A DNA stretch of 64,000 bases from an uncultured virus (IMG/VR IMGVR_UViG_3300037044_000254) (IMGVR_UViG_3300037044_000254); one strand, 5' to 3'. Positions 9,700 to 20,034 are shown, counted from the stretch's first letter. A program made the numbers and translations. The notes: generated by a model not told the origin, from the sequence alone.

Positions 9700-10832
9700 A
9701 TGGTTTCCTCGACCGTTGTTTCCAGGGACAGGGTTTCTTCACAGGCCTGGTCGGGTGCCTGATATTGAAAGCAGACCCGGCCGTTCATCTCGGTCCCGGA
9801 GAAGGGAGTAACTAAGCGGCCCTCCACAGGCTCTGCCAGTTCTCCGTTGACCGTATAAGGAGTCACCCCTTCCCCCGCTTCCCCGATCAGGTGGGCCACC
9901 AGGATCACCCGCTTCCCGGCTCGCAAGGAGGTCACCGGCACCGGCTGGGTAAGCTGGGCCGGACTGACCATGGGATAGTAGAACTCCAGCTGGTGCTGGC
10001 AGCCCCCATCGGCAGCATCGGGGCGGGACCGGAACACTACGATCTGCTTGCGCCTGGTGTCGAAGGCAATGGCGAAGTCGGTAGCAGACACGCCGGGGTT
10101 TTGCACCTTGGAAATCATCTCCCAGCGGGGAATCTGGTAATCCACCTTGCAGATCACCCCGTCTTTGGTGATGATCCAGCAGTAATTGCGAGACTCATAG
10201 GCCAGATACCCCAGCACGTTCGGCAGCCGCAGTTGGGCGAAGCGTTGCGGAGTGGTGCCGATGTTCTTCCAACAATCCAGGGTCCACGAGGAAACCCCGG
10301 CCAGGTAGTTGTCGATGCGGTTGACCACCGCGGCCGAGAAAATGGACTTGGGATTCCAAGTATAAGGGTTGACTGACCAGCCCCCGGAAACCGGGTTCAG
10401 AGTGAACTGGTCTACCTCATTGATTTGGGTCCCCGTGTTCATGCAGGCATAGAGTTTGTTGAAGCTCCCCATGGTCGACTTGCCCGTCCAGGCCGAGCCC
10501 CAAATCCCCACAAAGACCTTCCTGGCCAGGACATCGGCACGATTGACCCATTCTCCTGTTTCTGCACTAAAATCCAGGCGCTGCACGTCCCAGCTGGGCC
10601 AGTAGGTGGTGCTGTACACGACGATTGCCCGAAGGAGATCAGCCCCCGGATCATAGTAGAAATGGCTCAGGCTGCTGTCCCCCTGCCTGTAGTGCCTCGG
10701 GCAGGTAACCAGGTGGCCGTTGTAAGTCAAACCATCGGGACCCCATAGTGGCGGCGGCTGGGGATAACAAGCTTTGCCGAGTTCAATGTATTCCATACAA
10801 GGGGCGACCGTGCGCAGACACCAGAGGCTCAT
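9696..10832 (-). CDS. Tail protein, beta-propeller-like plus Ig-like C-terminus
   Basis: 378 aa, W/Y beta-rich; C-terminus resembles that of the upstream gene. Confidence 0.5.
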   Translation of the reverse strand: MSLWCLRTVAPCMEYIELGKACYPQPPPLWGPDGLTYNGHLVTCPRHYRQGDSSLSHFYYDPGADLLRAIVVYSTTYWPSWDVQRLDFSAETGEWVNRADVLARKVFVGIWGSAWTGKSTMGSFNKLYACMNTGTQINEVDQFTLNPVSGGWSVNPYTWNPKSIFSAAVVNRIDNYLAGVSSWTLDCWKNIGTTPQRFAQLRLPNVLGYLAYESRNYCWIITKDGVICKVDYQIPRWEMISKVQNPGVSATDFAIAFDTRRKQIVVFRSRPDAADGGCQHQLEFYYPMVSPAQLTQPVPVTSLRAGKRVILVAHLIGEAGEGVTPYTVNGELAEPVEGRLVTPFSGTEMNGRVCFQYQAPDQACEETLSLETTVEETI

Positions 10833-11779
10833 CAGTTAAGCTCCGTCCACGCCTTGATCTTGCATGGCCCGATGGTGTTGTCGTCGGGGCCGAAATAAAT
10901 GTTCCAGGCGTACCCGGCCTTGTCCGTCTTGCTGACGTACTTGTCGAGATAACCCAGGGGGGCGCCGCCCGCGCTTGCCAGTTCCCAATGAACCCACCAG
11001 CCCGGGCAAGGCTCCCCTTCCTGGCCGGTCAGCCGCACCTTGACGGTGTTCCCTTGTAAGCCGTAGACCGTGGCCGGATCGAAGACCGGATTCGACAGGG
11101 CTGAAGGCCAGGCTTCCCGGCAGTAGACCCTGGTCTTGTTGTCGACTCCGATGGACACCAGCACTTGAAAGGCGCTATCATAAGCAGCGACGCGGTGCGG
11201 GTCGATTCTTCCGGCTTCCACCACGTTCAGGTCGAACAGGTAATCCATGATCTTGATCTTGCCGCTGCCGCTACAGATCCCAGCCACCTGGCCATGCTGC
11301 ACCCAATTGAGGCTCTTAAAATATTCCCCCGTATTGTGGGTGATCGTGCCCAGGATTGTCCCGATCCTCAGGTCATAAACTCTTACCGAGTTGGCGTTTG
11401 GTTGGTAAAGGTACCGCTGGTTTTGGTCATCCAGAAAAGCGCCAACATTGGTCCAGGGAGCCAGGGCATAAGGGATCGGCCAATCCGGGTTCAGAACCTC
11501 GTTAGGATTGGGAAGTTGGTCTATCTCATAGGCTCCGTAGATGCGCCCGGAGCCACTATAAAAGCAGGTGTATCCGCCCACTCTCGGAAGGGCGGTATAT
11601 CCTCCAGACGGGGTACCATAGGCGACCTTCGTCCCATCCCGGAAGACCCGGGCCCACTCCCATGTATTGGCGCAGAAGAAGGCATCCCACGGGGTCACGA
11701 AGATCATCTGGGTCCAGTTGGCGGGCGACGCTCCTCCTGGAGTAACCAGTTTCGTGCTCTCGAAGGTCTTCTCGTACAC
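10832..11779 (-). CDS. Tail protein, beta-propeller-like plus Ig-like C-terminus
   Basis: Start revised to GTG 11779 (TAGTG overlap with upstream stop). Confidence 0.5.
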   Translation of the reverse strand: MYEKTFESTKLVTPGGASPANWTQMIFVTPWDAFFCANTWEWARVFRDGTKVAYGTPSGGYTALPRVGGYTCFYSGSGRIYGAYEIDQLPNPNEVLNPDWPIPYALAPWTNVGAFLDDQNQRYLYQPNANSVRVYDLRIGTILGTITHNTGEYFKSLNWVQHGQVAGICSGSGKIKIMDYLFDLNVVEAGRIDPHRVAAYDSAFQVLVSIGVDNKTRVYCREAWPSALSNPVFDPATVYGLQGNTVKVRLTGQEGEPCPGWWVHWELASAGGAPLGYLDKYVSKTDKAGYAWNIYFGPDDNTIGPCKIKAWTELN

Positions 11780-12102
11780 TACTCCACCACCTTGACCGTC
11801 ACCCGGTCCCAGAGGCCGGATGGTTGCCCCACGACGCATTCGCCGACCCTGTAGTGCATGCCCACCCGGATTTGCGGGGTGTGCTCCGGCCCCAGGTAGA
11901 TATTGGTGGCCCGCTTCGAGGCGTCCGTTTTCCGGCGCTGCCACCGGAGGGTGCCCACCGGGGGCCAAGGGCCCAGCCCCGGGCGCGGGTCCATGGCTTC
12001 CAAGAACCAATGGACCGCCTGGTTAACGCCGGTACCGATGTAGGTTAGGACCCCACCGCCTTTAACCCTGGCAGTAAAGGGGGCTTTCAGTCTAGCCCCC
12101 AC
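11779..12102 (-). CDS. Hypothetical tail protein
   Basis: 107 aa coupled ORF. Confidence 0.55.
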   Translation of the reverse strand: MGARLKAPFTARVKGGGVLTYIGTGVNQAVHWFLEAMDPRPGLGPWPPVGTLRWQRRKTDASKRATNIYLGPEHTPQIRVGMHYRVGECVVGQPSGLWDRVTVKVVE

Positions 12103-12304
12103 GGGACAGTTCCTCCAGTTCGGCCACTGCCTCGGCTTTCAGCCCCTCCAGGTAGCTGATTTGAAATTTGGTGCGCCAGATCCGCTCTTGGAGGAAATCG
12201 CGGCGTAATTTAGTTACGAGTCCCTGGAGTTGCTGGTTTGTCAGGCGAAGCTCCCCGTTCTCTTCCAGCAGATCTTCGAGGCCTTGTTCAAGCTGTTCGT
12301 CCAT
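12092..12304 (-). CDS. Small coiled-coil protein (possible fibre chaperone)
   Basis: Start revised to ATG 12304 (TAATG overlap); heptad pattern. Confidence 0.5.
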   Translation of the reverse strand: MDEQLEQGLEDLLEENGELRLTNQQLQGLVTKLRRDFLQERIWRTKFQISYLEGLKAEAVAELEELSRGG

Positions 12305-13305
12305 TAAATGATTATCCCGATACCCAACAGCCCCAGGCTCTGTAACCGTATCTCCAGTTCCAGACAGCGGGTCTGGAGGTTGGCGATTACCGCCATCGCC
12401 GTCTTGAATTCGTCCGCCGTGGAAAAACCCCAACCGGTGTTCTGGACCGGGGCCGCCAGGTCATAGTCGTCAAAGCCGGGAGCATCACAGGTCAAGGTGG
12501 CAAGCTGCGCCGTCAGCGGCGCAGGCTTAGTCACAGGGCCTTCCCCGAAGAAGCCCATTTTGTTTCCCAGAATCTTGAACATCAGGGCCAGGGCGTTATC
12601 GACCCCGCCCGGAAATCCGGCCGGGCAGCCGTAGACCTCCACGCCACTTTCTCCGGAGCCAGTAGAAACGCCCGGTTGCAGCCTCAGGATGCCCCCCGCT
12701 TTGTTGGTGGCCCCGGTCGTGGCGCCTCCGGCCCCCAGGGTGAAGCTCCGGCCGGCCGAGTCCGCGGTGCTGCGCCGCCCCTGTTGGATCGCTCGATCAG
12801 CCGTTTCGCCACCGAATCCCAGGTCGCCGGTCATAGTGTCGCCAGCTTTGGCAACCTTCCCGGCAATAGCGGTGTCATGAGCCGCATCGGCGGCTGCCCT
12901 GGTATTTGCCTCGGCCGCTATTCCGGCATCGACATAAGACTTCCGGGTCAACTGGTTGCCGGTGGTGGGATCGGCGTTGGGCCCCTCGGGGATGGTGGCA
13001 AAGGTCTTTTTCCCGGTAATCGACTGATCCCCCGCCTTGGCCACCAGCCCCGCCGCATCGGGGGTCTTCGGGGCCCAGGCGCCCCCGGCCCGCCCGAACA
13101 CGTCGCCGTCAATGCCGCCATTGAACGCCGCGGCGGTGTGACGATGACCGGGATCCGCTTGCTCCGGATTCGTCAGCTTGTAGGTGAGGGACCCCGGCTC
13201 AGTGGAGCCCACCACCCCGATATAGTCCTCTATGGCGTTGAACCACCAGGCGTCGAGTTCGGTGACCCCATCCACCCAGGCGGTCTTGTCAATCGGGTAT
13301 GCCAT
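12304..13305 (-). CDS. Tail fibre-like protein
   Basis: Gly/Ala/Thr-rich; fibre-type motifs TRKSYVD and KVAKAGDTMTGDL; C-terminal coiled coil. Confidence 0.65.
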   Translation of the reverse strand: MAYPIDKTAWVDGVTELDAWWFNAIEDYIGVVGSTEPGSLTYKLTNPEQADPGHRHTAAAFNGGIDGDVFGRAGGAWAPKTPDAAGLVAKAGDQSITGKKTFATIPEGPNADPTTGNQLTRKSYVDAGIAAEANTRAAADAAHDTAIAGKVAKAGDTMTGDLGFGGETADRAIQQGRRSTADSAGRSFTLGAGGATTGATNKAGGILRLQPGVSTGSGESGVEVYGCPAGFPGGVDNALALMFKILGNKMGFFGEGPVTKPAPLTAQLATLTCDAPGFDDYDLAAPVQNTGWGFSTADEFKTAMAVIANLQTRCLELEIRLQSLGLLGIGIII

Positions 13306-13308
13306 TGG

Positions 13309-13674
13309 CTACTCCAGGTGCATGGCCACATTCGGGCCATATTTTTCTTTGAGCGCCTCAATCTCAGTCGCGCCATTAATCGCACAGGTCTCTAAAACAT
13401 GGCCGGTGAGGTCATCGATCACGGCGGCCATCCCGCCCTGCACCCGGACTGTATAGCCCCAGGTGTGCAGCTCATGCAGCTTCGAAAGGAGCGCGTCGAT
13501 CACTTCCCGGGGCCGGAGCATCAAGGCCTGGAAGCTCTCGGGGATCATGGTGCCCGGGATGGGGGCCGGTTTGGCTATCTCCGGGTCGGCCAGTTGGTCG
13601 GTAGTCTTGCTCAACCAGCAATCCAGCTTCTCCCGGCCGCCGAACAGGACCGCGATCAATGGTTCGAGATTCAT
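13309..13674 (-). CDS. Hypothetical phage protein
   Basis: 121 aa coupled to tape measure stop. Confidence 0.55.
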   Translation of the reverse strand: MNLEPLIAVLFGGREKLDCWLSKTTDQLADPEIAKPAPIPGTMIPESFQALMLRPREVIDALLSKLHELHTWGYTVRVQGGMAAVIDDLTGHVLETCAINGATEIEALKEKYGPNVAMHLE

Positions 13675-16364
13675 CAGCTCCTGGCCCCCAACATGAGATA
13701 GTTCTGAAAATACCGTTCCATGGCCGCATTAACCGCCTCTTCAATGCCCTGGATGGTCACCCGGACATCTAAGGGGCCGGCGGCGCCGCTTCCGCCGCCC
13801 CTGGTATTGCCTTCAATGGCGAGCAGGATGCCGTTGGTTTCCACCAGGGCGTCCTTCAGGCTATCGCCGATCTGGGCAATGGGGATGGAGGTTTCCCCGG
13901 CAATGATCCCCCGCACCGCCTCATGGCCGGTGACCGCAGACTGCACCCCGGATGAGGTGAAGGAGGAGTTACTGCCGCCGCTGGTGAGCAACATGCCGAT
14001 GAGGCCAATGACCCCCATAATGGCGCTGCCCACGGCGCTGCCGGCCGCCCCGAAGAGTTCCTTGAAGCCGTTCATCAGGAGCTGCTGCAGTTCCTTCAGC
14101 CCGGGTTTCATCGCCTCGGTGAAGACCGCCTTGAAGAGACCATTCAAGGTCTTCTTCAGGTCCTGACCGCCTTGCATAATGGCGTCCACCGCGGAACTGA
14201 ACCATTGGGTGATGGCGCTGGCCATGCCCGCCGCTTGCTCCGCCTGGGGCCCGGCGTTCCAGGTCTTACGGCCGTAGGCCGTTTCCATGCGGGCCAGCAG
14301 TTCCGGCGAGACGCCCTGCTGAATGGCTTCGGCCTTGGCCCGCTGCCAGTCCAGGTAGAGTTGCTGCAGCTTGGCTTCCTGCTCTTCAATGGGCCCCCAG
14401 GCGGTGGCCAATTCCAGGTCCTCCACCTTCTGCTTAAACTGCTTCTGGATCTCGAACTGCTTTTTCAGCTCCTCGGTGACCTTCTTCTCGCCGTCCAGTT
14501 TGACCTTGGCCGCCTCCGCAGCCAGTTGGGCCAGGGCCATACGCTTCTTGCTGTCTTCCTCCTGGCGGCGGTAGCCTGCCATCTCCGGGCTCATCTCCTG
14601 CCGGGCCAGGTCGGCCAGGGCGTCCTCATGTGCCTTGATCTGGGCTTGGCGTTTCTTGTCGATCAGGGCCAGGGCCGCGGCGGTCTCGCCGCTCTCCATC
14701 TCCCGCAGCCGGGCATAATAGGTCTGGCCGTCAATCAGGCCCTCGGCCAGGTCCTTGTCCATTTCGGCCTTTTTCTTTTCATTGGTGGCCTTGAGTAGGT
14801 CGAGGGAACTCTGGGCGTCCTGGATCTCCACCTGGCGCAGTTGCTCCCGCACTTTCAGGTACTCGCCGAACAGGTCTTCTGCGGCCCCGGTGGCGCCCTT
14901 GCCACCGCCCTTGCCACCCCCGGCCTTGTCGCCGAACATATCTTTCCATTTTGCCATGGCATCCTGGACCTGCTTATCCAGGTTGCCGGTGACGCTGGCC
15001 GCGGATAACTGGCTTTGGAGTTCCTGATATTGTTTTTGCTGTTCGGGTGTTAGGTCTTTGAGTTTTTCTTCAGTGGATTTATGGACGCCACTCCGGGCTT
15101 TCTCTCGGGCTTCCGCCGTCCGATCTTCTGCCAATGCCGCGGCCCGGTCCTGATCGGACTGGACAAATTCGGCCTCCCCCATGAGCATGGACCGGGCCAC
15201 CGAGGGCTTTTCTTGGGCGATCTGGGCAATCTTGTAGGCCCCCAGGGAGGCCAGGGCCACCAACACCTGGATCAGAATCGCCAGCCACCCGCCGAACGCC
15301 GCCTTGACCACCGTGGCCCCCGTGGCCAGGGCATAGAGGGCGGGGACCGCCCCTCGTATGGCTGTGCCCAGGGCGATGATGTAACCGGATAGCTTGAAAA
15401 GGACAGCCAATTCAACAAAGGTCTTGAGGAGGTCACCGTTGGCCACCACCCAGGCAATCACCGCAGCAATCATGCCCCAGACCATGCGGATGAATTCCCC
15501 GATGGTCTGCCCCCATTTCTGCAACTCAGCGCGGTTCGCAGTCAGCCAGCCCAGCAGATCGCTCCAGACCTTGATCTTCTCACCGGTAATGGCTGTGAGA
15601 AGCGGCTGCATGAAGTCCCATAAAACCTCTTTGGCTTGGTTGGCCATGTATTTGATCTGACCCAGTTGCCGGGAATAGGACCCTGCCGTAGATTCCGACA
15701 CCCCCTGCACGGTCTGGGCGTATTTCATGATCAAGTCGATCATGACCTGGGAGCGTTCCTGGGCCGAAAGCTTCAGGTTATCATCCAGGCTCTTACCTTC
15801 GGCCAGAACCGAATCTTGGAATTCCTTGATGGGAATCTTGGCCTGCCTCAAGGCCCGGGGCGTGCCGGTGACGATGGAGTCAACCAGGAGGCTGAACATC
15901 TCCTGGGGGGATTTGCCGGCCGCTACCGCCAGGTCCCGAGAGGCCTGGGCAATGGAAGCCAATTGGCGGGGATCCAGACCATGGCTGATGAATTGACTGA
16001 CGGCCTCATAGGCATCTGAGGTGGCGACCTTGAATTTTTTCAGATCATTGACCAGCAGGTCTATATTGGAGGAGGTGTAACCGAAGTTCTGTCCCACGGC
16101 ATAAGAGGCGAGCTTGACGGTTTCGAGCTTGGCCCCGACCTCCGTCACGCCCTGAAGCAGGCCTTTAAATTCCATCAGCAGGGCGCCGATGCCCAGGGCC
16201 CTCACGGTAAAGGTGAGGGCTTTTTTTACCTGTGCCCCAACGCCTTCCGCCATGGTCTTGAAGGAAGTGAGCTCATTGCGACCGTCCTGCAGCCCCTTTT
16301 TCAGGTCGGCTACATCCACCGCAATCTTGCTGAGCAGAACCCCGAGATCTTCCTGGTCGGCCAT
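13674..16364 (-). CDS. Tail tape measure protein
   Basis: 896 aa, helical Ala/Leu/Gln-rich with hydrophobic segments, after tail chaperones. Confidence 0.85.
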   Translation of the reverse strand: MADQEDLGVLLSKIAVDVADLKKGLQDGRNELTSFKTMAEGVGAQVKKALTFTVRALGIGALLMEFKGLLQGVTEVGAKLETVKLASYAVGQNFGYTSSNIDLLVNDLKKFKVATSDAYEAVSQFISHGLDPRQLASIAQASRDLAVAAGKSPQEMFSLLVDSIVTGTPRALRQAKIPIKEFQDSVLAEGKSLDDNLKLSAQERSQVMIDLIMKYAQTVQGVSESTAGSYSRQLGQIKYMANQAKEVLWDFMQPLLTAITGEKIKVWSDLLGWLTANRAELQKWGQTIGEFIRMVWGMIAAVIAWVVANGDLLKTFVELAVLFKLSGYIIALGTAIRGAVPALYALATGATVVKAAFGGWLAILIQVLVALASLGAYKIAQIAQEKPSVARSMLMGEAEFVQSDQDRAAALAEDRTAEAREKARSGVHKSTEEKLKDLTPEQQKQYQELQSQLSAASVTGNLDKQVQDAMAKWKDMFGDKAGGGKGGGKGATGAAEDLFGEYLKVREQLRQVEIQDAQSSLDLLKATNEKKKAEMDKDLAEGLIDGQTYYARLREMESGETAAALALIDKKRQAQIKAHEDALADLARQEMSPEMAGYRRQEEDSKKRMALAQLAAEAAKVKLDGEKKVTEELKKQFEIQKQFKQKVEDLELATAWGPIEEQEAKLQQLYLDWQRAKAEAIQQGVSPELLARMETAYGRKTWNAGPQAEQAAGMASAITQWFSSAVDAIMQGGQDLKKTLNGLFKAVFTEAMKPGLKELQQLLMNGFKELFGAAGSAVGSAIMGVIGLIGMLLTSGGSNSSFTSSGVQSAVTGHEAVRGIIAGETSIPIAQIGDSLKDALVETNGILLAIEGNTRGGGSGAAGPLDVRVTIQGIEEAVNAAMERYFQNYLMLGARS

Positions 16365-16366
16365 GG

Positions 16367-17091
16367 CTATTCCTTTTGGGTCACGACCGGGGCACCATTA
16401 AAAAAGGCCCTGGTGTTGGGGGAGAGGGAAGGGCGTCGCCCCTCCTGGGAGTCTCCCGGACCGTCAATCGCCTTTAGCCAGTTATCCAAAATCTTCCCCT
16501 TACAGCCGCCAAAGGCCGCATCCAGGGCGTTCATCACGGCTACCGACAACCCCAGGACATTGACCTTGATCTGTTCTCTCCGGTTCTCCATGGCCGCCCG
16601 GTGCAGGTTCAGCACTAAATCTATCGGGTAGTCATGGAGCAGGGACTGGAGGTCGTGGCCCCGGCTAACCAGGACCTCCAGGATCCGGGTAAAACTTAAG
16701 TCGCCCTGATCACGGCCTTGATCTGGCCCATGATCAGGGGCAAGGAGTTTTTTATTCGCTCAATATTTTGGGAAATGATGGTGAGGCCGATGGCCGCGGC
16801 CTGGCCGAAATCCATCTCATCCACCTCTTCTTCCGGGATATCCAGGGTGGCCGCAATCAAAGCAGCGAAGGCCGGCAGGATGGCCCCTACGATCTCCAGA
16901 CCCCTTTCCAGCAGAACTTCCTGGGCGTTCTCGGAAGTGAGGCCCAGGTTCTTCAGGGCCGGAATTATCCCGATCAAGGCCGGATAGACCTTTTTAAAAC
17001 GCCCGAAGGACCAGGGTTCGATTTTGTAAGGGCCGATCTCGACCACGGAAAGCAGGATCGCGACCTCGTCTTTAGCCTTACCAGGCGGCAT
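16367..17091 (-). CDS. Tail assembly chaperone GT (via -1 frameshift)
   Basis: The -1 frame from slippery site 16747-16753 is open into ORF 16367..16615. Confidence 0.75.
16696..17091 (-). CDS. Tail assembly chaperone G
   Basis: 131 aa between tail tube and tape measure. Confidence 0.75.
   Translation of the reverse strand: MPPGKAKDEVAILLSVVEIGPYKIEPWSFGRFKKVYPALIGIIPALKNLGLTSENAQEVLLERGLEIVGAILPAFAALIAATLDIPEEEVDEMDFGQAAAIGLTIISQNIERIKNSLPLIMGQIKAVIRAT
16747..16753 (-). promoter_or_regulatory. Programmed -1 frameshift slippery heptamer A AAA AAC
   Basis: In-frame ATA AAA AAC near the end of G; -1 frame open for more than 120 codons. Confidence 0.75.
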
Positions 17092-17109
17092 GATTCCTCC
17101 AGGGATTGA

Positions 17110-18264
17110 TTACTGCTCGTTCAGACATTCCCAATAGCCGTAAGGGGCGCCAGGATTGGTGGCGGAGGCGTCCACGACCTCCAGGATCATGGGCAACTCC
17201 ATCGGCTTCTTATCGTCAAAGGTCAGCTTGCCGTTCGGCTTCAGTTGGCACTTGGGAATGATGTAACTCCACTGGAACCCCCGAGAGGGCCGGAATTGCA
17301 GACGAGCCGCACCCCGTTGATAGTCTGCGCTGGCCACCGGGAACCGCAGGGATTCCCAGGTCGCATAGGTATAGCTGACCTTCACCTCCTCGCCATCAGC
17401 CAGGAAGCCCGAGGCCAAACGGCCGATGCGCCCATTCAGGAGGCTGTTCGCCACCTGGCCCGGGTCCACGATGTAATCAGTGTTCTGCACCGCGTTCTGC
17501 CGGGCGCAGTTGCAGGTGGCAACGATGGTCACCGCGGTGCACTTCACCCGCACCCAAAAGAGGGGATCGGAGCTGTTGACGATGGTGGTGGCCCAATCGC
17601 CCGGAATGGTCCAGTTGACCTTGCCGTCGGCATTCAGGCTATGGCCAGCCCCACCGGTCACCAGGGGCTGCCAGGCCGAACCGTCCCAGTATTCCCAGGC
17701 CACCCCGGTGTAGTTGCCGTTCACCGCCAGGTCCAGGTAAAGCTCTTTGAATTTGGTGGCCTTGCCGAAATAGACGAAATCGTCGGCCCCAGCCAGGAGA
17801 TCGAAGGGCGTCCCGGCCAGGCTGTCGGCTTCCGCCGAAAGGTCCGTATAGGCGGCCCCGTCATATACCAGACACTTATTCAGGAACTGGCGCACGGTGA
17901 CTGCCGAGATGCCATATTTGCCGATGGAGACAGGCAACTGGCCGTTCAGGATAAGCTTTTGGTCCACCATTGCGGCGCTGCCAGCCCCCACGATTTCAAG
18001 GGGGCCTCCCTTGAAAAAGGCCTGTATATTGGCGGCCACCAGTTCCTGGAGTTTGAAGTTCCAAATGACCTCTTCCTCGGTGCTGAAGGTCTTGACCAGC
18101 CGGCGCTGGCCGGAACGGTTGCTGAAAACCTTGATCTCAGAAGATTTGGGCTCCACGTCCGGGGGCTCTTCGATCAGACCCAGGTCCCTTTCACCCGTGC
18201 CCGGATCGAAAAAGAAAATGATCCCGCCAGCCAGAAATATATTTTCAACGTTGGGCGCTTGCAT
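17110..18264 (-). CDS. Major tail tube protein with inserted accessory domain
   Basis: Tube-like termini (ERDLGLIE...; IPKCQLKPNGKLTF) flanking a W-rich insertion. Confidence 0.7.
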   Translation of the reverse strand: MQAPNVENIFLAGGIIFFFDPGTGERDLGLIEEPPDVEPKSSEIKVFSNRSGQRRLVKTFSTEEEVIWNFKLQELVAANIQAFFKGGPLEIVGAGSAAMVDQKLILNGQLPVSIGKYGISAVTVRQFLNKCLVYDGAAYTDLSAEADSLAGTPFDLLAGADDFVYFGKATKFKELYLDLAVNGNYTGVAWEYWDGSAWQPLVTGGAGHSLNADGKVNWTIPGDWATTIVNSSDPLFWVRVKCTAVTIVATCNCARQNAVQNTDYIVDPGQVANSLLNGRIGRLASGFLADGEEVKVSYTYATWESLRFPVASADYQRGAARLQFRPSRGFQWSYIIPKCQLKPNGKLTFDDKKPMELPMILEVVDASATNPGAPYGYWECLNEQ

Positions 18265-18278
18265 CGCGGCATACCTCC

Positions 18279-18740
18279 TTAAGTGATTTGCGTAGTGAAG
18301 GCATCGCCCGCGGCGTGCCCGTAAGTGATGCGATATCTCAGGACCAATTCCCCAAAGGTTTCGTTGCCTATGGCCTTGCGCCTGGGGTCTTCCTCGGCCT
18401 GGATCACCAGGCCCTTAAGGCCCGGGCTCGACTGGATCACCATGTAAACCCGACCGGCGATGGTATCCGCCAGGTCGTAAAAGGCCTGGAAGCCTGGGTC
18501 TTTGCTCCTGGGGACAAGTCGGACGAAAACCGCCATCTCCACCCGGATAATTCCCCACCTCAGCCGGTTGTGCCGGGCTCCGCTTTCATCGTCTTCATAA
18601 AGATACAGGGCCGGGAGACCGACTTTATCCAGGTCCGTCCCCACCGGCTCCCGCCGGACCACCGTCTTGACTTCCGGGACCCCGGCTCTCAGGACGGTTT
18701 CCAGGGCCTTCATCACTTGAGTTTTAACGGTATCCGCCAT
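18279..18740 (-). CDS. Tail terminator-like protein
   Basis: Position, size and LPALYLY motif. Confidence 0.6.
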   Translation of the reverse strand: MADTVKTQVMKALETVLRAGVPEVKTVVRREPVGTDLDKVGLPALYLYEDDESGARHNRLRWGIIRVEMAVFVRLVPRSKDPGFQAFYDLADTIAGRVYMVIQSSPGLKGLVIQAEEDPRRKAIGNETFGELVLRYRITYGHAAGDAFTTQIT

Positions 18741-18745
18741 GGCCT

Positions 18746-19426
18746 TTATCCAGCCTTGAGAAGCCCGGCCTTTTTAATTTCCCCGGCTAAAATGGGCTTG
18801 GCCCATTGAGCCAAATCCACCTTGGGGTCGATCCGGCGCTTGATGACCACGGAGTCCTTGAGGACGAAGAGGGGGATTAACTCTCCTTCTTCCATGGCCT
18901 TCTTGGCATAGGAAAGACTGACCGCGTTGCCCTGGCCGCCGGTGACCGTCTTTTGCCGCGTTCCCATATCCGCCCTGCCGGTTTTGTAGCCCCAGATAAT
19001 CAGGTTGCCGGCCTTGCTCCGGAAGCACTTGGTAGGCCCCCAGATACCCGAAGTGGGTCCGCCCCGGGCCACCCCGGCCCCGGTCTTGGCCGCGGCCAGT
19101 GGAATAGCCAGCATCTTGGCCTTGACCGGGGTAATGGTCACTTCGCTGCCACGGGGGCCGAAATGGACCTTGGCATAAATCACCCCGGCATAGAGCTTGG
19201 CGGCTACCAGGGTGCCGCCGGCTTCCACCGCGGCCGGCTCCAGATGTATGGAACGGGCCGCGGTACCAGTGCGCTTGGCCAGAGAATTGTCCCCGGGTCC
19301 GGACATATGTTTCCGGAGCAACTTCTCCTCGATCTTCTTCCCGGTGGCGTTGACCGCCTGGATCGCCTTGGCGATAATCGCCTGTTCGATCTTCTGAAGC
19401 GAGGTTATGGGGTCTTTGGGAGCCAT
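18746..19426 (-). CDS. Neck/tail completion protein (HK97 gp10-like)
   Basis: Basic protein with KRTGTAARSI and YAKVHFG motifs. Confidence 0.6.
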   Translation of the reverse strand: MAPKDPITSLQKIEQAIIAKAIQAVNATGKKIEEKLLRKHMSGPGDNSLAKRTGTAARSIHLEPAAVEAGGTLVAAKLYAGVIYAKVHFGPRGSEVTITPVKAKMLAIPLAAAKTGAGVARGGPTSGIWGPTKCFRSKAGNLIIWGYKTGRADMGTRQKTVTGGQGNAVSLSYAKKAMEEGELIPLFVLKDSVVIKRRIDPKVDLAQWAKPILAGEIKKAGLLKAG

Positions 19427-20034
19427 CAGCCGGGTCTTATCCGATACCGTTTAAGGGTTTTCTCCACCGACTCCAGCCACTCGCCCACGTCCATCTTGTT
19501 GATCGTGCCATCCGGCAAGGACACCGACCTGATCCCGACATCGTTGCGCCGTCGCCATTCATAAACGACCTGCTGGCAGACGGCGCCCTCCAGGTCCCCC
19601 GGGATCGGGACATAGCCTTCAGGAAGATCCTCTCCTGCCGCCGGGGCCGGATCATACCCGCCGGTGGATTTCACCCGCAGGGCCTTGGCCCCTTCCGGCC
19701 ACAAGCCCCACTTGAACCCCACCATCCCGGCTTTCGGGTTGACCAGGGCATAATCGGAGGGGCCGTAAACCGTGGCCGAATCCCACTCCCAGGAATAGGA
19801 ATAGAGGACCTCAGTAATCTCCTGGACCGGCGGTTCATTCAGATAGAGATAACGCCCCCCACCGTCATGATAGGAAATCCTTTCCTCCCGCCGGAAAATC
19901 CGATTGCCAAAGGACGCGGCCCGGGCCGAAACCTCGGCGATCTTGGCTTCGAGCTGGGCCTGCGTGTCGGCGTCTATCTCATCAGATGCAACCGCCAGCA
20001 GTCGGATGACGCTTTCCAGGGTAGTCAGGTTCAC
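19426..20034 (-). CDS. Head-tail connector/adaptor protein
   Basis: TTLESV start, YDP...IPGDLEGAV motif, position after capsid. Confidence 0.7.
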   Translation of the reverse strand: MNLTTLESVIRLLAVASDEIDADTQAQLEAKIAEVSARAASFGNRIFRREERISYHDGGGRYLYLNEPPVQEITEVLYSYSWEWDSATVYGPSDYALVNPKAGMVGFKWGLWPEGAKALRVKSTGGYDPAPAAGEDLPEGYVPIPGDLEGAVCQQVVYEWRRRNDVGIRSVSLPDGTINKMDVGEWLESVEKTLKRYRIRPG

